A stretch of DNA of 64,000 nucleotides from assembly GCA_963924565.1 (NCBI GenBank), contig OZ004607.1, positions 30,690,001 through 30,754,000 on the forward strand. The letters run 5' to 3'. Below are positions 40,601 to 52,600 of the stretch, one piece after another. This DNA comes from Ascidiella aspersa. Its lineage: Eukaryota. How positions within the stretch are numbered: position 1 is the stretch's first letter; the number at the start of each line of letters is the position of its first letter. The notes beneath the pieces were generated by a model. The model had not been told where the DNA came from and searched no databases. It saw only the letters and a list, made by a program, of their open reading frames with translations. Both the position numbers and the translations under genes were made by a program.

Positions 40601-43600
40601 GACAGAGGAAACTAATACAGGAACGATAAGCTGCAGGGCGTCATATGAGTAATCCTCTTCCAAAACATTATGCCACAAAACGCAAAACATCGACACAGCG
40701 CTTTCTCAATACTTTTCGCATGCCAACAGACAAGACCGATTGGCACCGCACTGTGTCATCATCTCGCATGAACGCGAAACCCCAGCTGAATAAAGACGGA
40801 GTGGAAAGGACATTTCTGCTGATGCTGACGTATTAAAAAAGTGAAAGAAATCATGAAGGCCTTGCAAGAAAAAGAGGGTGTAAAGTAAACTGGCCTATTC
40901 CTTTCAGCGTATATTTTTTAATACAGCAACAGTTCCGGTATTGTTTTGTGTCGCCCAGCTGGCCCTGTAGTCACAAAACGCGTTACATAAAATTGGCCAA
41001 TGTTTGTAAACATTCGACGACTCACCAGCCCACGTTTACCGTTACAACCTCAGCAGAGGCGCTGTGGCTGACGTAGTTTAAGGCACAGTTCAAGCTTTGA
41101 TACACGTATGAGTGTTGCCAAATAATTGGTGAGTGGGCGAAGTTTGTTGATGGGACAGCGCCTTGAATCGAACTCGTTGGCCAACGTTTTAAGGAAGGCC
41201 CAGTACGAATCATTAATATGTCCTCATATTGCCAAAGCAACTCTGTTTTCAGATCTATGTTGTTACAAAATGTAGGTGGTCTCTTTAGTATTGAATCTCT
41301 GACTAATATGATAGAGAGAGACTTAGTAACGTAACTCAAAACAATCACAATCAAGAATATGACTAATAAAACACAAGGCGTACACAAAGTTCAACACAAC
41401 GCCAATCTATACTATTGATATTAAAACAATATAACACTGGACTTGAAACGATCAACTGTTATCATCGTTTTTCTAGGTCAGGCTTATCATTTACGCGGAA
41501 ATTCGATATGCTGGTTGGCCTGCTTGACCAGTGCTTTATTGCCTTAGTTAAGTGACTTTGACTCGTAAAAATTACAGCTGCCGCGTAATCGCCCGCTGAC
41601 TCGCAGAGCCGGCAATCAATCAGCAAAAAATATCGAAAATTGCTTTAGCAAAGCCGCAATTAGCCTTTGACGCCGAGCGAGCGCGTGGGATGATCCCGTG
41701 TATCGATCGGCAAACGCAATCTTTCTTAAGGTAAGGCGCCTAATCGTCCGAGCCAAATTAATGCGTGCGGCAAACAGCGTTCAAACCGCGCGGATTAGGT
41801 TGGCGCCTTGCGCTATTAAATATTTATCGCTGAGCGTTTTATTGGGTCTTTCCGCGTAAAACTGAATACGGCAACAAACTTGTGGTTGATCCCTGCCTTG
41901 ATGCCCGAGCGTCGCGCATCGAAATTGAGTCCATTTTATTGCTTTTAGGAAGGCCCGATTTGACAACTTAAACACCTCGGTGCACAACACGACCCACTGT
42001 GCGGTTCAATTAAAGGTATATCCCAAAGACGTTCGGCGGCAATTTTTCTAATAAAGCATGGTGATATATTCGAGCAATCTAAAGTTCGCATTAAAACTGA
42101 CAAGTATCCTGATCGACGATCAAACGTTTTTCCGCGGTGGCCATTGTCTTTCCAGGACAACCCTTTTATATTTTATCTCCAAAGCGCCAAGACAAGTGCC
42201 ACACTCTGACGGGCAATTATTTCGACTGACAAACGTTCGTCGTGTATTTCTCACGCCCAGATTCCCCGTAAAACACCCATGTCGTTGCTGTCGCCCCTCC
42301 GCCCCTGAGCTCGTCGCTGCAATACGAGGAGGGTGCAAAACGCCCTGTGACGTCACAAGTGGTACCTTCGCGATCCCTTTGTGGCGTGTCGACGCCGCGA
42401 GCCGACACTTTCGCTCGCGATTGCCGCAAATGCTTGCAAGCAATGCAGCACATTAGGGCCTCGCCGCTCGCGTCTTTGATGTTGCACGGCCGGCATTTAA
42501 ATCGCCACGGTCGGCCGACGGCCGTCGCGCCCGGATTGCGCCGTCCAGGCCCGGGACCCTGATCGTCGTTCGAAGCAAACATGACCCCCATTTTCGTCTG
42601 TGCGGTGACTGCTTTCGCCGAATCGTTGAAATTCGGTCATTAGGTGGAACGGCAATTTTGGATATCGAAGGCTGCACATGGTGCAACCACTCACCCTCTT
42701 CGTTCTCGCACCTGACCGCTGCAAAGACGGGGAAAAATGTTACTCAGAAACCGCGGAGGGCACTTTTAACCGTGAACTCACGAGCGGATGTTTTCCTTCG
42801 AGGGATGATGTTGTTTTAAGCTAATATTCTCCCGCGAAACTCTTCTTGGGCCGTGCCAATCAGTTAACAGGCTCGTGTTTGGACGGGCGGAATGTTACAA
42901 ACTGCAAAAGTGTGCCGGTTGCCAACATGTTTTTGGGGGCGGCTGGAAGGAACAAAATCGTCTGCTGAAGATAGTGAAGTCATTTCCAGAATGATTTAAA
43001 CTTTATATACCTTAGATTTGTTTTAGTTGTATATTACATTACGTCATAGGAATATCAAAGCCCATACAGAAGTAGGTATCATTTTGAACGTTTCGAATAA
43101 CTCTTTATTCATTTTCAACATGTTGAAAATACGCCCTACTACAACCTCCAACCATTATGCTCCAAAGTGTATTATATTAGTTTTCGTATAGTGCGAAAAA
43201 ATTAAAAGACCGTCTGGATTTTTCAAATTTTACCGGTTTGCGGTGTTAAGGTTGGCATTTGTCCCTCGCAGAGAATAGTAAAGGTACCGCTTGTATTATT
43301 TCAACGTTTGGTAACTCCTAGCGAAATCATGCAATCCTTTTTGCAAACTTGCAACATTACTCCGGCCGTGTTTTGTTGCATCGAGCGGGGAACCCGATTC
43401 GGAGCGAGCCCGACCTTAATCCACAAACACGTGCTCGCGCTTAATTCCACTGCAAACATTTGGATTGCCATAATACGCGATCAAGGACACCAGAACGTAT
43501 CATCAAAGGCACTCATTGGTTTCGTCAGGATAAATTAACAGCAGATCGGCTTACACAAGGTTTTAAAGCTTAATTTAAACGGTAGCTGCATTTAGTCTTG

Positions 43601-46600
43601 TTGTACAACGCCGGTTAGTTTATTACCTAAACGATTTGTTAGCACAGCGGTAAGACACGTGCCCAAGATATCGCATGACAGTTTGCTGGATTCAAAATAG
43701 CGCTTATATGCAACTTTTTGTGCTACAAATTTAAACCCGCCGGCGATTCATTGATTCATGTGTCCCGCCACGCCATGACGAACGACTGGTGGTAAAAAGT
43801 TGGTATGTTTGACGGTCCATATTATAAACAATCGTACTGGCAACTGATCCTTTTTAGCCCCAGACACTCTCGGGGTCCGGCATTTAAGGCAAATTGCCAA
43901 AATCGCCGTCAGAAAAAGCGAATCCTTCCTTATAAAGCAACGATTTCGAACAGTTGGTTTGGTGTCATCGATCTGGCATGCTATCGGCTTACGTCTTACC
44001 TTGGGTTTCCTTTTAAACCGACCTGGCGGCCAACTAAGTTTCAAAGTTTAAGGCGACAAGCAGTGGTGTGTCATTGCGCACATTTTCCGCCTTATTGCCA
44101 GTATGAACCCTACACTACTAAAAAGGAGAATTGCAGTGTTTTGTGATCCATAACAGACTAATATCGATTTGCATGATGCCACGTTAGGTCGAATAAAACT
44201 TCTGGGCGATATTTAGTAAATAAAAAAACATTGGCCGAGGTACAATGACAGATTGCGGCCCATAAGCAAAGCCTGATTATTCGTACCGAGAATTAACTTA
44301 CAAACAAAAATACTCTGAAGTATAACGTTGGTCATTATCAGGTCAATGAACAAAACTTGTACTTGCAAATTGGCAATAAGCGATTTAGACGCCTTTGTGC
44401 CCTCGCTGCGAGAAATTTTGACAGCAACCGCACACATACGTCATTATAGTCGCGACGCGGGGCGGTTTAGGGACGCGGCGGTGGCGGCGTGTATGTTTCC
44501 AGTCGCACTTTCGAGCACAATGAGGCCCGGACGGCCTTCAAATAACTTTTCCGGGGCCGCGCTGAAACTAAAACCGCGCTCACAAAGGAAGCGCTGACGT
44601 CAAATCGAAATCGATCAGAGGCGGCAGATTTCCTGGGCAGTGCCGGCGAGATTTCGAATCTTCTTCCATCCGGAGACGACGGTAGGGACATCGGCGGTGC
44701 TTAAAGTGGGAAGAAAACGCGCTCAAAGGTATCGGGTGACGCCTACACATCCGCATCCCGGCAATAATCGCGCTTTGCTTTGGCTGGGCTATGGAATCGC
44801 GGATACCGTTGTGTGCAGGGATTTGTCGGCTTTGCGCCTTTTTAACTGATAATCTGACCCCTGGGTCAATTCAATTGGCTGTGCACAGGGGAACGTTTCC
44901 GCACCAAAATGGCTTGGACAACTTGCATCCGATTTGAGGCACCTTGTGTTTAGGCCTTTATAACTGTACAGACGTAAAAGGCCTTTGTAATTGTACAGAA
45001 TTTAGGCCTTTATAACGCTAAAGAAGTTGAAAGTTTCTCATCCGCGATATCAAACTACTAGGAGCGAAAAATATCAAAATTGCTTTGTTTCAAGTGTTAC
45101 TTTAATCATTGATTCTCGTTTGTTATGACTTTTATGCCTACATTCCATAATTAGGTTGTTAGCGTTCCAAAGTTGTTTCAACAAGGCGCGGCGTATTGTA
45201 TAATATTATGTCATTGGCAAATAGAGATTACTTCACATCTGGAGTTAGCACAATTGCGCAGTTATCCTTCGGGGGAAAGCAAACCGGGTTTCTTTGAAAG
45301 CCGACACATCGGCCGGTGGCGCCTAATGATGGCTTCCGAAATAAACTTTTGAAACAATAACATTAGCGAGAGACGAATTCGCCTCGGACCCTATATAGGT
45401 AATGTCGCGCCAAACAGTCGACGTCACACCGCTTTGAAACTGGACACTTTCAATTGGCGAGCGTTTGGTGAGAGAATGTGCCGCGATGGCGGCGGAACAA
45501 ATTTGGAAACAATAACATTTGTAAAGATGTCGCGTCAAATGATCAATAGAGTGTAGCCGCGACGGCGCTGCTTGGGCTAAATAGGCTCGAGACATTTCAG
45601 TTTGCCTTGAAACTTCCGGGCATTATTTCAAAAGTTACAGTCGTGTCGTAAACGTCGGGTCGCAGTTTAAGACGCCGAGGCATTTCACACGACCCCGTTG
45701 ACACACAACATGCCAGGATCGATGGCCGGGTTAAGCGGCATATTGTTTAGGCTCGTTAGCGCGGGATTACTTCACTTATGTTAAAAGCATGACAAACCTC
45801 GTTCATGTAAAAATCAATTCGAATGAATCCACGTAAGCAGGACATTGCTTTAAAATATACAATAGTTGAAACACGTTTGTCCAGTGGATTCCTTTTTGCA
45901 AAATCAAAACACATCCATCAACAAAGCCTGTCAAAAATTTCCATAAAATAATACGTTAAACCACACAAAAATATTTCAGTCTATAGAAACTTAGTCTGAT
46001 AACAATTGCGTCTCACCTTTTATAAGTTTTGCTTAAATTACTTCTGAGTCACATTAACTGAAGTTGATACAAGCTCGTATCGAAACGTCTTCAAGATAAT
46101 GTTGATCTTCTCGACCTTTTTGGCATTGCAATTTATTATCAAGCTCATTACAGAACCGTGCATAGTGTACCCAAATATTTCAGTCAAACTAGTGAAGCAG
46201 AAAATAGTCAGGCGCAATTAGCACCCAATAGACTTCGAGTGTTTAGATTTCCTTTTCCAAAACAAACACCCATCGTGCGGCGGGTTCTAGGGGGGCCAAA
46301 ACGCACAATGGTTTCGGGGTCAAAGCCCCACGTCCCGAAAAAAGGAAGGCCCCAGCTATCTGTCGGTTTTGAAAATGTGAAGCGGTTACAAAGGAGGCCT
46401 TTGACTCCGTTGCGAAGCGAGTTATTAATACACGCGGAATACACGTGTAAAACCGAAAAGGAAACCGGCGATTTCTGTTTTGCGTAGCGAACGCAAACAA
46501 GCCGACCGAGCGGCGATGTCCTTTCTGTCGGTCTTACATCATTGGGCCAGTTGGAGAGGCAACCTTGAATAGCGGTCGGTACCCTTTCTTTTTTTATCAT

Positions 46601-49600
46601 TTTATTTTTTGAGGCATAACCTAGCGCTCTCACTAATATTTGGAAAACTTTCTTGGCAGCGCCCTTCGCTTTGACGATTTTGATGACGTTGAACCTGACT
46701 GTATTTGAAAGAGGTCGGCATTCACCCACCGTTGCAAGGTCACCAACATTCACATCGCGAAAGCATCGTGAAAGGTGGACAGACATATTCTTGTGGCACT
46801 TTTCGAATCGGTTGTACTTGGGCACGTATAGTGAAGGCAATCAAGCCCATGTCCGCTTTGAAGTTTTTTTTTCAACCCTTTTCGCGCCGTTTTTGCACCA
46901 AGTTTCAAACAAGGATGCCGACCGGTCTCGAATCGGCCATTTCCAATAACCTCCTTTTAAACTTAGCTCATGCATTACGTCATTTGTTTGATCGTCGGAA
47001 GCATCCCGTTGCTGCGTGGGTGTCATGGAGGGTTTGGCGAGTCGAACACAACATGGGGTCGGTTTCACTGTCGCCGATTCGCTTTGCCCTTAACCATTAC
47101 GAATGTACTTCAATCGAAAGCCCTTCGTTGAGAATCGAGAAATCACGGGTGCTCCCACAAGTAAAATACATATCATTTTTATTTGTACAAGGTCTATGTT
47201 ATCTTTTGCTCGAACCAACAAAAGGTGGTTAAATTGAAATGTAGCTTGTTGGATGTTTAAGCTATTTTTCGTTGATAAGTTTCAAATTGTTCCATGCACT
47301 TCAGCATCTCCCTAGATGGTAAATCAACAGTTGCTAGCAAGGTCAAAGATCCAGTGCTTCACAAGTTACATAGTGCATGTTGTAGTTGTTGTACCTTTCG
47401 GGCGGGAATAGGGTTTCAAAACATATTTCGGCGTTGCTGTGTACTTTGTTTTGAAACGGCTAATCGCTGAAGCGCATGATTCGCAATCGTTGCTGTTTCA
47501 GTAACAGGAAAGGGCTTATATAGGGTTACAACAAACGGAGCCCATTTGGGACAGCCAACTCACAGCATTAGTCACAATGGAATGACAACAAACGCGAGGG
47601 TCCTTTTCCGCGAATCGGCATAGATTTAAGCGATAAGAGATTCTTTCCCGTTATTTTTGCAAAATTGTTAAAGCTAAAAAACTGCGGCCGCGACCTTGGG
47701 GCGCCTTTCCAATTCACACTATAAGCAAGTTTGAAGCGAGTATATGGGGGAAAGCATTTCATTTTTTCATGCCTGTTTAAATTTCAAAGCGCTATACGCC
47801 GTCGCTGCGACCTTTACTCGGGAACCGTGAGATCTGCCATTGTCGCGACCGGCGCTCATTGTGTGACGTCATCGCGCGGTGACGTTAGAAGTGGCGGCGC
47901 TCGACGCACCAAGCAGCGCCACCGATCCGCTAATTAGTCGTTTTGCGCGCGTTCGCGGCCCGATCGCACTCGAGAGGCCTTTTGCTGGCAGTGGTTCGAG
48001 CATCGCTGGAGTGGGAAACCTCTCATTACTGCCGGTTTACACGGCCACTTTATTAAACGACGACGTGTTTGCGCTCTTGTCGTGTTTTAGCTTGCCTTCA
48101 TTCATCACTGAACAAGTGTAAGACCACCGCTTCAAAATTTTAGTTTTCCTACGTTTTTAGGATTTGTTTTAGGTGTTTTCACCACTAACCACTGCAAACG
48201 GTCGTCGGTTGTTTAAAAAGCAGATTCTTGCCGTGCTCAATGCTTAGTGAGCTGCCACATATACATTCGCCTAACGCGCCGACGCCGCAATTCTTTGCTG
48301 CGGTCGCGACTTAATTTCGTCTTTGCTGCGCGCAAAGTGGCGATTTTGCGACGCAGATCACCATAAATGGCGAAACGTCCGTTCGCTGCTTGTAACGCAT
48401 TGTTTCAGACGCCCGAGTAGGAAAAGAAAAGCTCAAAGAAAAGTCCGCCCATTACAACAAAACCCGCGCATTTGAGTGCAACAGCTGGTAGCTTGCTTCA
48501 CATGTTTTACATCTATTGTTTGTCTGTGTTGTAAGACACAACGATAAAGAGAAACACAAATTTAAATAGTTAATCCAATAATCCCCTACTTCAATAAAAT
48601 ATATCAGCAGTGATAACATACTAACAGGCCATAAACCTATATTGCCCCCAATAAAGTAGACGGGTAAGAAGCCAAATGCTGTAAAGTATCACGTAACGCT
48701 AAAAAGATAAACCTAAACACAGAGCCAAAAATCTTCAGATTCAAAACATAACGCATCAGCAGCAAAGAGGCAAATCTGCAAGTTCCCACGGAAGAAATGG
48801 CCAAAACGGTGTTGACATTATTGACATGGCCGCGTCCGCTTTGGATTAGTCGATCTCATTACAGCATTAATCCTTCTGCTTGTACAGAGATAACCCAAGC
48901 GACGTTCAACGCAGTCAGGCCACTTGGCTAGGGCATATACGGCATAAAGGCCAACGATTACGTCATAATCTGGGCGGCTAAATACGCTTGATTAATCTTC
49001 GCAGGAGTGGTTTCGTTAGAAGGACGCTACGAAAAGGGAGCGAGCGATTCTCACGGCCCTATTCTGTGGCGCGGCTACACACCAAACAATGTATGTAACC
49101 TGACACTGACGACAGATGAACACAAACCGTCCCAAGCCCGGGGAGTTTTCCCATAAACTGAAATTAATCCGTCGAGTTGGGCCACACAGCTCAGAGTTGG
49201 TTGGGTTGTGTGGTCTCTTGTAAGTCAGGCGTTATCATAACTCAGCCGCGCATCAGCGTCGATAAATGTCTGTTCGCATAAATATAGCGGTGTAAATTTA
49301 GGATAGCGTACACGCGCTGTGTGTTCTTCCCATGTCGGGCACCTGGGAGAAGTGAAAGCGAATAGATAAGAGTGGCTTTACACTTTTTTGGACCTAAGAA
49401 AACACGTAACCTCCGCAACCCGCCCTTTTCTATGACAGGAAACATTTACGAGTCACCCCTATATGCCCGGTATAGCACTACAGAAATAAAAAACAAACAA
49501 ATCGTCAATGGTTTTTCCAAGACCACGCGTACAACCGTTTTAAAATATAGATTTGAAACATCGTGCGAAGAGTTTAAAACATCCGTTCCATGCGATCCCA

Positions 49601-52600
49601 CGCTTTAAAAACTTGCCACAAAAGAGTAATGTATCGCTAAAAACTTCTACACGGGAGAATTAAAAGGGCACACAGTTGATAAGTAATGACTCATATATCG
49701 TATCCGTGTAAATCCAACCGCAGCAAAAGATGATTCAACAATTTCCGATCGCCTATCAGTAAAAAATAAATAAGGATCACTAATTTTCGGTGGGGTTGAA
49801 GTAGAAAGGTTTAGGCACAGTTCAAATTACGCCCAACTTATGTTAGTTTGTGCTGTATTTTTAAGAAGCCATCTTCTAAGTTTGGGTCATGTTTAAAATC
49901 ACACCGCGGTTGGTTTTGTACAAGTTTCAAATTCCTGAAATTCTGTGCCGCGTCGCCCGCAGACGACGGACATAATAACCTACGCTTTATTATGAGGACT
50001 TATATTAGTATGTTGTGATATTTTAGGAGAGTCTTCCTAAAAGTCGATACAAGGTTTAAAATCACACCGCTATAGCTTTTATGCGACAAGTTTTGAATTC
50101 TCAAAATTCTTAGGCGGCGTAGCCTGCAGACAACCCATAAGAGCATCGGATCCTGCCCGGGCACGTCCAAGCCAGGGCCAGGGTTGCGTTTATCCCATTT
50201 TGAGCATCGCCATTGCCGCTGTGAAAAGCATTTATCGTCGCTCGCAGTTCGTCTTGTTCATTGAGCAGACTTTGACAAACAATCGGGGATAGGATGCGAA
50301 TTTTTGCTGGGAGCACGCAAGGTAACTTTCATAAAAGAGCGACTGAATCTTGACAACAAAGGTACACTCAGCAAGATTTGGATGTAAGGTTTTATCGTCC
50401 GATAGGACGGGAGATTGACATGTTGATACCCTGTTATGACAGGTTTAAGGCCATTTAAACATCGATAATCCCCGTTAAAATAATTACGCAATTTTTTGAG
50501 AAAACTAGCTCGATTATGTTCACTCTTATTGGTCGATAATAATCAGAAAACGAACGTATTCGGCATTTTCGTGGTTAATTTCTTGGTTTACTCATTATGC
50601 GAGCAACCGAAAATCCTTTATCGTGTTTAAAGCTTGTCTACCGTTTACAAAAATGAACAAAACAATAACTCCACAGGCAGCACTTTACTGGAAAGCGTTT
50701 GAGAGGGTTGCAATTGCAGTAAACGATACAGCCCACAGGCTCAGCATTAAAGCCGACCTCCGCCAAATTCGCCATCCACACAAAAAAACACGCGCAGCCC
50801 GTAATCTAGTAGCGACGGGACCGCCTTGAATTACAACAATAGCATTCCTGCGATCGGCACAAGATAGCTGTAGTTGAAGAGAGTGGGTTGCCCGAAAGTT
50901 GCAATGAAGGCCCCGGGGCTGCGAGCTTAAATCGTCGGCCTTTCTGGCCTGCCTTGATGCATCAGCTGGCGCGCTCTATGTTTTCATGCCAAACATATCA
51001 GGCCGTCATCAAATATCGTTTCTCGCAATTACGTGCTTCGGTGTCGGCCAAGCGAAAGACAACCGGTCGTCGCGCTGACGAACGGATAGAACGCGGAAAC
51101 GAAATTTGTACGAAATGGTTGGGGATATCTATTTAACTACTTATTGTCTTTTTATAGCGTATAACAACTTTTATAAGCAGAATTTTGGTCTGTAAAAACG
51201 GCGGTTAATATCGCAGATTTTATGCTTAGACAACTGCTCGTTTTAAGGCAGCATGTTGAATTGTTTGACGTTTTATAATTTACATTGTAAGACTTTTTGT
51301 CAGTTTAACATCTGGAAGATTTGCATTCATGTGTTAGATAAATATGAAAACAAGTCGCACATTAAAATGTGTTAATAGTGTCACTTGTTTTCATTTTAAG
51401 AATCATACAAATACAACCCAACCCAGTCCGATGAATATAGTATACATGGCGTTTCGCGTGAAATAATCAATTCGGCAGGTACAAAGACGTGTGAATCGCA
51501 CGCAAGTTATGCTTAGCGGCTTTGTGCAGAAAAAATAGTAGTCAAGGCCATCAATTTTCGCGTCCGAACGTGAATTGCGAAATTTATCAAAGTGTCAAAA
51601 ATAAGAAAGCCTCTCGGCCTTTCGAGGCTCTCAGTGCGGAGAAATGGCGACTTCACGCCGCGTTCTGCGGTCACAATAAAGTGCGTTTTGGGCCAGTTTG
51701 CCGGCTACTTATAAAGCGACGGCCGGAACCTTTTTAAACCCTTTTTTGTTTTTTAACGTTGACCACTTTAACACCGAAAATACAATAGGATTATTTCTTT
51801 AGTTCATATGGCTGCTTTAAAGTCGGAAGCTAGTTCGTTTTTCAACACATTCGTCCTATCAAAAATTCGCCAGCCTTAAAGTGAAGACAAATTAGCCTCA
51901 TTCCATTCCAATTTAAGTGTGGCGTGGTTTACCATGCTGGGCCAAAATTACGGAGCCGGCTTCTTCGTAACTGGCTACAACTCGGACCTGCAGTGGCCGT
52001 GATTCGCGCGGCAAGCACGACGGGCAGTATTTCCGCGAAACAAATGGAGTTGCGTGTCGCAACACTTGACAACACGCCGCCGATTGGTGAGAAGAGCCTT
52101 CGCTTATAGAACGTTTACATTATGGAAACGAGACATTTACAAACAAGACATTTGAGATTCGAAGATCGGTTTGAAATCGTGGTAACCTATTCCGGGCATT
52201 ATAAACATCACAACAAAAGGCGAACGCAAACGCCGTACGTTGATAACAAAAATAAATTTATCAAAATAAGCAAAGTTGGTCGGATGTTTAGTAAGAGCGC
52301 TGGTTTTAGAAAAAGTGTAATTTGAATTTATTTGCTGAAGTGAATTTGTGAACAGTTTATAATATACCAAAGCCTATATTTAACGCAGTACCTGTCCAAA
52401 AAAACTCCGTTTCCGACCGGGGGCAAAATCTTAGCAAAATTTTTTCAAGTGACTGACCTGAGGAAGTTTTGCAGGCAGGTGTCGCAGAATCGGTGTCGAC
52501 AAGCGGTAATTTGCACAGGGTCGCGCATTGGGAGGTGGCACAGCGGGCACTGGTGCCGTTTGCGGACTTTGTCCATGATCTTGGTCTTGTATCCCGGCAT
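25689..52600 (-). CDS. TRAF4: TNF receptor-associated factor 4; exons 52600-52458, 35671-35620, 31183-31079, 30609-30454, 29950-29783, 29347-29192, 26661-26420, 26082-25689; 471 aa
   Basis: RING domain [48 protein letters not shown]|[17 protein letters not shown]|IYPDP, then TRAF zinc fingers, then a MATH domain ([26 protein letters not shown]). All junctions are GT-AG and in phase; total 1416 nt. Confidence 0.96.
32779..32860. mobile_element. 5' end of a hAT-like MITE (related end at 17016)
   Basis: CAGTGGTTCTAAACCTTTGG..GAACCCCT here versus CAGAGGTTCTAAACCTTGG..AAACCCCT at 17016. No partner TIR found. Confidence 0.5.
34085..34281. repeat. GACTT-rich repeat remnant (similar tract at ~13190-13280)
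   Basis: Multiple (T)GACTT motifs in both tracts. Confidence 0.5.
46585..46845 (-). pseudogene. RPS11: 5'-truncated processed pseudogene of 40S ribosomal protein S11 (uS17) in TRAF4 intron 1
   Basis: DCLHY, a frameshift, then [53 protein letters not shown], which matches the RPS11 C-terminus. It is intronless and followed by AATAAA and an A-rich tail remnant. Confidence 0.92.

Noticed and set aside
46208-46840. 210-aa ORF as a novel RPS11 fusion protein
   Set aside because: It has a non-ATG start, the upstream part is frameshifted, and the tail is read-through across the 3' UTR and poly-A remnant.
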